A stretch of DNA of 64,000 nucleotides, from contig CALXUN010000007.1 in NCBI GenBank assembly GCA_944391705.1, positions 197-64,196 of the forward strand, given 5' to 3'. The stretch's first letter is position 1; the number at the start of each line of letters is the position of its first letter. Shown here piece after piece: positions 57,104 through 64,000 of the stretch. The translations under genes were made by a program, and so were the position numbers. The stretch is from an uncultured Alphaproteobacteria bacterium. GTDB taxonomy: Bacteria; Pseudomonadota; Alphaproteobacteria; RF32; CAG-239. The notes under the pieces are model-generated. The model was not told the DNA's origin and made no database searches. It saw only the letters and a list, made by a program, of their open reading frames with translations.

Positions 57104-58459
57104 TTATAAGGGAATAGAAATGAGTACCCTCAAGCCTCCCATACTGCTGTCGCCAAGCTCGATTGTTCCGCCGTGCGAAGTGATAACATCTTTGGCAATG
57201 GATAAGCCCAGACCGACGCCACCGGTTTCTTTGTTACGGGAACCTTCAATCCGGTAAAATGCTTTAAAGACATCTTCACGCTTATCCGGCGGAATACCCG
57301 GTCCGTCGTCTTCCACCGTAATTTCCATTTTTTTGCTGTTGCTTTCCAGGCTGACGGCAACGGTTTTGCCATAATAAAAAGCATTGGAAATAATGTTGGT
57401 AATGGCCCTCTTCAAAGCCTGCTCGCGACCCTGAATGGCGCTGACCTGGTCGTTGGTGGAATAACGTATCATGGTTTTTGAGTTGCGGAATTTGTTCAAA
57501 ATACTCAAAATCATCTCATTCATGTCAACAAATGTGTTGGGCTCACCGCCTTCGCCGCTGACAAATGCCAGATAGCCGTCCAGCATTTTTTCCATCTCGG
57601 AAATGTCTTCGACAAACTCTTTGTTGTCTTCATTTTTCGGCAGCATGGCCAGCTGCAGTTTCATTCGCGTTAACGGCGTACGCAAATCATGCGAAACCCC
57701 GGCCAGCATTTGTGTCCGTTCGGAAATCTGTCGGTTAATTCGTTCCTTCATTTTGGTAAAGGCAATGCCGGCTTTGCGCACTTCGGAAGAGCCATAGGGT
57801 TTAAAAGGTGTATCAATACCTTTACCGAAATCTTCCGCGGCTTCAGCCAGTTGTTTAATAGAACGAGCCTGAACGCGTAAAAACAGCGCAGATACCACAA
57901 ACAAAAGCAATGATGTCCCAATCATCCAGGCAATAAAGCCGAACACGGAAGTACTGAAGATGTTTTTAGTAGAAGTTTCAAACCTGAACAAGCCTTCTTT
58001 TGTATCAATCAGGGTAATCAGCATAGCCCGGCCGTCTGTCAGATAAGTTGAAGTAACGGCATCAGGAAAATCATGCTGCAAAGAATCTTCAAAAAAACCG
58101 GTAACCAGTTTATTGTTGCGGGAAGTACGGTTCATTTCCGAATGCTTGATATTATTGTCAAAGTATTCAACTTCAAGCTGATAATTCTTTTTTGCCAATG
58201 CTTTAATTTCTTCAAAACTATCAGGATAATTTTCGGTCAGCTGAACAACAAAAGCCATGTTGGCGCTTAAATTATCGGATAAGCGTCGTCCGACTTTTCC
58301 CCAGCTGCCACTGAAATAAGCAATGATAGATACCACCTGAACCACAATTAAGGGGATAAAAATCAACAGCATCGTTCTGAAAAAAAGCGTTTTCGGCAAG
58401 AGTTTTAATTTTAAAAAACGCATAACATTTTCAACTTTTTCCGGATAATTAATATGCAT
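57104..58459 (-). CDS. EnvZ-like sensor histidine kinase
   Basis: LLPKTLFFR, two TMs, HAMP, GVSHDLRTPLTR, N.ISNA, DDGPGIP, GGVGLGLSI. Confidence 0.92.
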   Translation of the reverse strand: MHINYPEKVENVMRFLKLKLLPKTLFFRTMLLIFIPLIVVQVVSIIAYFSGSWGKVGRRLSDNLSANMAFVVQLTENYPDSFEEIKALAKKNYQLEVEYFDNNIKHSEMNRTSRNNKLVTGFFEDSLQHDFPDAVTSTYLTDGRAMLITLIDTKEGLFRFETSTKNIFSTSVFGFIAWMIGTSLLLFVVSALFLRVQARSIKQLAEAAEDFGKGIDTPFKPYGSSEVRKAGIAFTKMKERINRQISERTQMLAGVSHDLRTPLTRMKLQLAMLPKNEDNKEFVEDISEMEKMLDGYLAFVSGEGGEPNTFVDMNEMILSILNKFRNSKTMIRYSTNDQVSAIQGREQALKRAITNIISNAFYYGKTVAVSLESNSKKMEITVEDDGPGIPPDKREDVFKAFYRIEGSRNKETGGVGLGLSIAKDVITSHGGTIELGDSSMGGLRVLISIPL

Positions 58460-58477
58460 TAAAATTCTCCTTTATGT

Positions 58478-59167
58478 TTATTCGGCCAAGAGCATATATC
58501 CTTTGCCGCGGATAGTCTGCAGATAGCGCGGATTTTTAGAGTCTTTTTCGATTTTTTTGCGCAGTCTTGTAATTTGAACGTCAATTGAACGTGGGCTTTG
58601 ACCGGATCCTAAAGTTTCGGCCAGCTTTTCCCGGGTAAAAATCTGTCCCGGATTTTGCCCTAAAATATTTAACAAGGACTGCTCCACCGGTGTGATATGA
58701 ATAATATCACCCTGTTTGGTCGTTAGTTCTTTTTTAACGGCATCATAAAAACACAACCCCAAATTTAACGGTGCGGGAATATCAAAACGCTTTTCCGGCG
58801 TCCTTTTCAAAATATTACGAATACGCAAAACCAGTTCTTTGGGCTCAAAAGGCTTAGGCAGATAATCATCAGCGCCGTTTTCCAAGCCGTTAATCCTGTC
58901 AGCCGTTTCACCCATGGCGGTTAACATGATGACCGGAACATTATCTTCCTGTCGAAGTTTTTTTAAGAACTCAATACCGCTTTCCCCGGGCATCATGACA
59001 TCAACAATAAGAATGTCAAATTTATATTGTTCCAAAAGCATTCGGGCTTCCGGTGCGTCTTTTGCCGTTGAAACGGCAAAAGACTGCTCACGCAAAAAAC
59101 GCTGCAACAGGTTGCGCAACCGGGTATCATCATCAATGACGAGTATATGGGCAGAACCTTTATCCAT
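58478..59167 (-). CDS. OmpR-family response regulator
   Basis: ILVIDDD, DVMMPG, MLTA, GADDYLPKPF, RSIDVQITRLR..IE, TIRGKGY. Confidence 0.95.
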   Translation of the reverse strand: MDKGSAHILVIDDDTRLRNLLQRFLREQSFAVSTAKDAPEARMLLEQYKFDILIVDVMMPGESGIEFLKKLRQEDNVPVIMLTAMGETADRINGLENGADDYLPKPFEPKELVLRIRNILKRTPEKRFDIPAPLNLGLCFYDAVKKELTTKQGDIIHITPVEQSLLNILGQNPGQIFTREKLAETLGSGQSPRSIDVQITRLRKKIEKDSKNPRYLQTIRGKGYMLLAE

Positions 59168-59170
59168 GGT

Positions 59171-59905
59171 TTAAGCTGTTTTTTTTGCTGTCTTGGCTTT
59201 TTTTACCGGAGCTTTCCGACCGGAGACCTTTTTAGTCGTTGTTTTTTTTGCAGCTGTCTTTTTAACAGTTGCTTTTGTTACAGTTTTTTCAGCTTTTGCC
59301 GCGGTTTTGGCGGCAGTTTTTTTAACCACGATTTTAGCTTCGACGGTTTTAGCCTTTTCAATTGAGCGAATATAATTAAGGCTTTTCTGAAAATACTGAT
59401 AACCGGTAATAAAAGTCAGAGCAGCGGCAATCCAGAGTAAAAATTCACCGATATACGGCCAAATCCAAAGTCCGTGAAACAGCATCATGGAAAGCGCGGT
59501 CATCTGAAAACCGGTTTTCCATTTTGCCAGGCGTGTAACCGGCAAACCGACATTAACTTCGCGTAAAAATTCCCTTAAGCCGGAAACCAGAATTTCACGG
59601 CATAAAATGATAAATGCCGGAATATAACTCAAATCGCTCCATACCATGCCGGGTTTGGCCAAAATCACAACCAGGGCAGAGGCTACCAAAAGCTTATCGG
59701 CAATCGGGTCAAGCAGCCGGCCGAAAGCAGAAGTTTCATTGCGGCAGCGGGCCAGATAACCGTCAAAATAATCGGTAACGGCTGCAGCGACAAACAACAC
59801 GGCAACAAACATTGTCCAGACAAAAGAATGAATGTACAAAGACAGAAAAATAACCGGAATCACGACAATTCTGGATATCGTCAGAAGATTAGGCAAGTTA
59901 TACAC
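59171..59905 (-). CDS. pgsA: CDP-diacylglycerol--glycerol-3-phosphate 3-phosphatidyltransferase with Lys/Ala-rich tail
   Basis: NLPNLLTISRI, TDYFDGYLAR, GRLLDPIADK, REILVSGLRE, KWKT; downstream of uvrC. Confidence 0.93.
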   Translation of the reverse strand: MYNLPNLLTISRIVVIPVIFLSLYIHSFVWTMFVAVLFVAAAVTDYFDGYLARCRNETSAFGRLLDPIADKLLVASALVVILAKPGMVWSDLSYIPAFIILCREILVSGLREFLREVNVGLPVTRLAKWKTGFQMTALSMMLFHGLWIWPYIGEFLLWIAAALTFITGYQYFQKSLNYIRSIEKAKTVEAKIVVKKTAAKTAAKAEKTVTKATVKKTAAKKTTTKKVSGRKAPVKKAKTAKKTA

Positions 59906-59971
59906 GTTTAGTCCCTTTCTAAAAAAAGATAAATAATTACACTAAAACAAGCGTATCATAAAACAAAAAAA

Positions 59972-61777
59972 TTATTTGTGGAAGAAATTATACACTTTTT
60001 CAGCTGTTTTTTTGCTGATTCCGGAAACTTTCATCAACTCGGCAATATTTGCCTGAGAAATTTCTTCTGCCGAACCGAAATGATTTAACAAATCACGCTT
60101 TCTTTTGGCGCCGATTCCCTCAATTTCATCTACCCGGGATTTATAAACGGATTTTGCCCGTTTTTTACGGTGTGTTCCGATGGCAAACCGGTGCGCTTCA
60201 TCACGGATATTTTGCAGATAAAAAGCCACCGGAGAACGATACGGCAGTGAAAAGCTTTCTTTTCCCAGGATATGGTAAAATTCTTTACCGGCATTGCGTT
60301 CCGGCCCTTTGGATATGGCAATGATGGTAATTCCGCTTAAATCATAACCGTTTAAAGCCTCATGTACGGCATGAAGCTGCCCCAGACCGCCGTCAAGCAG
60401 GATAATATCAGGTTTGTTTTCAGGGGTCATCTTGTCAAACCGACGGGTTAAAACTTCCTTCATCATGGCAAAATCGTCATTGGTAATGGCCGGGTTTTTA
60501 ATGTTGAAAGTGCGATATGCTTTTTTATCAAATCCGTCGGGCGTGGCCACAATCATGGCACCCACCGCATAACTGCCCTGAATGTGTGAGTTATCATAAA
60601 CCTCAATCCGCTGCGGCATTTTTTTAAGCCCGAAATAGAGCATCATTTCTTTTAAGTTGTTTTTAATTGAAGTTTCTTCGGCAATTTTTCGCTCTAAAGC
60701 AGCCAACGCATTTGCTTTGGCGTTTTCAATCAATTTAGCTTTTACCCCGCGGGAATAATTATAAATTTTAACCCCGAGCGCCTCTTCCAAAAAAGTTTTA
60801 TTTTCCAAATCTTCGGAAACATAAATTTCTTTAGGCGGAATGTGCGTGGCATAAAAATCACTGATAAATGCCTCCAAAATTTCCGTCTCTGTGGCGTCTT
60901 CCGCTTGTTTGGGAAAATACGGAACGTTGCCGCAATTTTGCCCGCCGCGGATAATAAATAACTGGATGCAAACCATATCCCCTTTGCGGGCGATGGCGAT
61001 AATGTCAACTGATTTTAAGCCGGAATATTCCACCACGTTGCCGCTCTGAATGGATGTCAGCGCTCTGATGCGGTCGCGCAGCATGGCGGCAGTTTCAAAA
61101 TCCGTGCGTTCACTGGCTTCTTGCATTTTTTGCGAAAGTTCTTCTTGAATTTTGGTGTTTTTTCCTTCCAAAAAATCAATCACCTCATCAACCAGTTTAT
61201 GATAATCTTCTTTGCTGATTTTCTGCACGCACGGCGCCGAACAACGTTTAATTTGGTATAAAAGGCAGGGGCGTTGACGGTTTTTAAAATCGCTGTCGCG
61301 GCAGGAGCGCAGCAAGAATGCCTTTTGGATGATGTCCATGACGTTGTTAACGGCTGCCGCACTGACAAACGGTCCGAAATAACGGAATTTTCCGTTGCGC
61401 TTGCCGCGTTGTTTACGTAAAGCCGGATAATCTTCCGCTGGATTAATCATTAAATGCGGAAAGGTCTTGTCGTCTTTTAAAAGAATATTAAACCGCGGAG
61501 AAAAGCGCTTAATGAGTTCATTTTCCATCAATAACGCCTTGGCCTCGTTTTCAACAATGATAAATTCCATCCGTGCCACTTCGGCAACCATGCGCTTTAA
61601 CCGTGTCGGAAGTTTATCAAATTTCGTATAGGCAACAATTCTTTTTTTGATGTTTTTGGCTTTACCGACATATAAAACTTCGCCGGACGTACTGATCATC
61701 CGGTAAACGCCAGGTTTTTCAGGAGCAATTTTAACGTTGTGTCTTAAGACTTCCAACCCGTGTTTAATGTCTGCCAT
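59972..61777 (-). CDS. uvrC: Excinuclease ABC subunit C
   Basis: GVYRM..VLYVGKAKN, DDKTFP, CLLYQIKRCSAPC, RIEVYDNSH, DGGLGQ, RDEAHRFA, HhH. Confidence 0.96.
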   Translation of the reverse strand: MADIKHGLEVLRHNVKIAPEKPGVYRMISTSGEVLYVGKAKNIKKRIVAYTKFDKLPTRLKRMVAEVARMEFIIVENEAKALLMENELIKRFSPRFNILLKDDKTFPHLMINPAEDYPALRKQRGKRNGKFRYFGPFVSAAAVNNVMDIIQKAFLLRSCRDSDFKNRQRPCLLYQIKRCSAPCVQKISKEDYHKLVDEVIDFLEGKNTKIQEELSQKMQEASERTDFETAAMLRDRIRALTSIQSGNVVEYSGLKSVDIIAIARKGDMVCIQLFIIRGGQNCGNVPYFPKQAEDATETEILEAFISDFYATHIPPKEIYVSEDLENKTFLEEALGVKIYNYSRGVKAKLIENAKANALAALERKIAEETSIKNNLKEMMLYFGLKKMPQRIEVYDNSHIQGSYAVGAMIVATPDGFDKKAYRTFNIKNPAITNDDFAMMKEVLTRRFDKMTPENKPDIILLDGGLGQLHAVHEALNGYDLSGITIIAISKGPERNAGKEFYHILGKESFSLPYRSPVAFYLQNIRDEAHRFAIGTHRKKRAKSVYKSRVDEIEGIGAKRKRDLLNHFGSAEEISQANIAELMKVSGISKKTAEKVYNFFHK

Positions 61778-61819
61778 TTCTCTCTCTTTTTATCTGTCAA
61801 AGACAATAACGGCATCAAA

Positions 61820-62272
61820 TTACATCGCCATCGGGTCAACGGCTTTCATGATGGCGTCATAATTTTCTTTTAATTCTTTTTGTTGGTTTTTAATATCCTG
61901 CTCAATCTGGGTAAAGCCCGGAAGTTCGTCGTAATCAACCTCTTCTTCCGCGCCGCCGAAAGATATAGACATCACAAACAGCATGCTGAGGATAAAAGAA
62001 ACAACCAGCATTAAAAAATGTCCGACCATGGTTTGAATGGTTGCTTTCCAGTCCGTATCATAACCGTTTTGCATAAAAGTACGTTTGAAAAAATAAACAT
62101 AAAGACAGGCAATCAAAAGCATTAAAAGGTATAAATGATAATTGGTATAAAGTGCGTGCAGTTGTTCATCTTCCAAAGCGCCCATGGCAATAAACCCGGT
62201 TAATATACCCAAAAGCACCATCGGGTTATAAATCAACCCAAGATTAAAAAGTGCTAATATACCTTTTATCAT
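61820..62272 (-). CDS. Hypothetical membrane protein
   Basis: About three hydrophobic segments, AGGAG RBS. Confidence 0.6.
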   Translation of the reverse strand: MIKGILALFNLGLIYNPMVLLGILTGFIAMGALEDEQLHALYTNYHLYLLMLLIACLYVYFFKRTFMQNGYDTDWKATIQTMVGHFLMLVVSFILSMLFVMSISFGGAEEEVDYDELPGFTQIEQDIKNQQKELKENYDAIMKAVDPMAM

Positions 62273-62348
62273 GTTATAAAATCTCCTTTTAAGGCAAGAA
62301 TACTTAAGAAAGATAATAAGCCTTTTAAGTAAATAAAGGGTTTAAGTT

Positions 62349-63695
62349 CTAACTGTATTTTGCAATTTCGGTAACAATCATATTACTCAAAATTTTAACC
62401 AAAGCGGCATCTTCACCTTCTACCCTGACTTTAATGACCGGTTCGGTGCCGGATTTACGGACAATCACCGAGCCTTTTCCTTCGATTTTTTGTTTGGCAG
62501 AATCGATGGTACTCTGAACGATTGAGCTGTCCATGGCAACGCTGACTTCCTCGGCGGATTTGAAACGTATGTTGGTAATTTCGCACGGACAGTTTTCAAA
62601 CAACGGGAAAATTTCGCTCATTTTTTTACCGCTTTTAACCAGTCCGCAGCATATAACAATGGCGGTAAGCAGGGCATCGCCGGTTTTGGCATAATCTGAA
62701 AGCACCATATGTCCGGATTCTTCACCGCCGACGTTAGAGCCGGTTTCGCGCATTTTTTCAATGACATAACGTTCGCCGACGGCGCTGCGGTAATAATTGA
62801 TGCCAAGGGAATGCAAATATTTTTCCAAGCCTAAGTTTGACCAGATGGTTGCCACCACGGCATTGCCTTTTAACAATCCCTCTTCTTTAAAATAAGTTGC
62901 AAGATAGGCAATAATCTGGTCGCCGTCGATTCGTTTGCCGTTTTCATCGCAGATGATAATCCGGTCACCGTCGCCGTCAACGGCAATGCCGACATGGGCA
63001 TGGCTTTCACACACGACTTTTTGTAAATTCTCTGTATGCTGCGAGCCGCAATCCATATTAATGTTGCGCCCGTCCGGTGTGTCGGAAAGTGTAATGATGC
63101 CCGCACCCAGATCCTTAAAAATCTGTGGCATGATTTTTGAAAAAGCACCATTTGCACAATCAAGAACCGCTCTCAAGCCTTTTAAGGCATTGTAATTCGG
63201 CGCAACCTTGCGGGCATTTTCCATATAAGCGGCAATGCTTTTATCATCTTCAAAAATCCGCCCGATAGAGTCTTTATTATGCTCAAAAACAGTTTCGGAA
63301 GTTAACAACTCTTCGATTTTGGCAGTCTGTTCATCGGAAAACTTATCACCTTCAGCGTTAATCAGTTTAATACCGTTATCATGATACGGGTTGTGCGAAG
63401 CGGTAATCATCACCGCCATATCAACGTTTAAGTTTGCGGTTTGTGCCGTTAAAAGCGGGGTTGGCACCACGCCGAGTTTGACAACGTCAACCCCCATGGA
63501 AGTAAAGCCGGCCGCCATGGCCGCTTCCAGCATATCACCCGAAAGACGTGTGTCTTTGGCAATGGCTGCCCGTTTTTTTTGTAAGCAGACAAGCTGTCCC
63601 AAAGTTTGTGCAAGCCGGAAAGCAAATTCTGCCGTCATCGGAAATTCATTGGCAATGCCGCGCACCCCGTCGGTGCCGAAAAGTTTGTTTCCCAT
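62349..63695 (-). CDS. glmM: Phosphoglucosamine mutase
   Basis: FGTDGVRG, ITASHNP..DNGIK, DGDGDR, GGEESGH, RKSGTEP. Confidence 0.95.
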   Translation of the reverse strand: MGNKLFGTDGVRGIANEFPMTAEFAFRLAQTLGQLVCLQKKRAAIAKDTRLSGDMLEAAMAAGFTSMGVDVVKLGVVPTPLLTAQTANLNVDMAVMITASHNPYHDNGIKLINAEGDKFSDEQTAKIEELLTSETVFEHNKDSIGRIFEDDKSIAAYMENARKVAPNYNALKGLRAVLDCANGAFSKIMPQIFKDLGAGIITLSDTPDGRNINMDCGSQHTENLQKVVCESHAHVGIAVDGDGDRIIICDENGKRIDGDQIIAYLATYFKEEGLLKGNAVVATIWSNLGLEKYLHSLGINYYRSAVGERYVIEKMRETGSNVGGEESGHMVLSDYAKTGDALLTAIVICCGLVKSGKKMSEIFPLFENCPCEITNIRFKSAEEVSVAMDSSIVQSTIDSAKQKIEGKGSVIVRKSGTEPVIKVRVEGEDAALVKILSNMIVTEIAKYS

Positions 63696-63782
63696 TAAAA
63701 GACCTCCGTATTAAAATAATGCTACAATTTTAATTCATGGCTGCCAAAAAACAAGCATAAACCGGCAATATCGCACAAAAAA

Positions 63783-63804
63783 AAGAGCCTTCGAAAAGGC
63801 TCTT
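63783..63804 (-). terminator. Terminator after the outer-membrane protein gene
   Basis: aagagcctt-cgaa-aaggctctt, with an A-run on its left. Confidence 0.75.
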
Positions 63805-63824
63805 GCTGTTTTTTTTTAATAAAA

Positions 63825-64000
63825 TTAGAAAACGTAACGCACGCCGGCGTAAATTTCCTGAGCCGTGACATCGCTGCTTTTAATGCTGCCCATGTCATAA
63901 TAACGATAACCGGCATCAACATTGAAACGGTTGGTAACCTTCAAAGATAAACCGGCGCCGACCGACCAGGTAAACTTCATCGGATCATAATCGGCATTGG
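63825..64000 (-). CDS. C-terminus of an outer-membrane beta-barrel protein (partial)
   Basis: ...KFTWSVGAGLSLKVTNRFNVDAGYRYYDMG...QEIYAGVRYVF*, with a terminal Y-x-F beta-signal. Confidence 0.8.
   Translation of the reverse strand, partial: NADYDPMKFTWSVGAGLSLKVTNRFNVDAGYRYYDMGSIKSSDVTAQEIYAGVRYVF

Overview
Chromosomal window from an alphaproteobacterium, inferred from the gene orders atpI-B-E-F'-F, xerD/aroK, addB-addA-trxA, uvrC-pgsA and rpmH-rnpA-yidD-yidC-engB. An uncultured Rhodospirillales/RF32-like lineage is a guess. Housekeeping genes occupy about 1.9-15.4 kb and 52.8-64 kb. Between trxA and engB lies a ~37 kb envelope-machine locus. It holds a PilT-like ATPase, a type IVb pilus operon (pilL/N/O/P/Q/R plus a PilS-like gene, minus strand) and, divergently from a shared AT-rich region, a heavily modified VirB-type T4SS. 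The T4SS has three VirB2-like pilins (one with a long Cys/Gly tail), VirB3, VirB4, four large secreted helical proteins in place of virB5/virB6, VirB8-VirB7-VirB8, a VirB9-SPOR fusion, a membrane-anchored 1208-aa repeat protein, a ~1410-aa VirB10 carrying the same ~17-aa repeats behind a cleavable-looking signal peptide, and VirB11. No relaxase, VirD4, VirB6, integrase, tRNA or att repeats are visible, so it looks like a domesticated pilus plus T4SS contact or uptake apparatus rather than a conjugative element. Other oddities: a frameshifted Cys-rich DUF1566-like gene behind a poly-A-spacer promoter, a gene bracketed by 35-bp direct repeats, a PgsA with a histone-like tail and an atypical ATP synthase c subunit. 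All calls come from reading motifs by eye; no searches were run.
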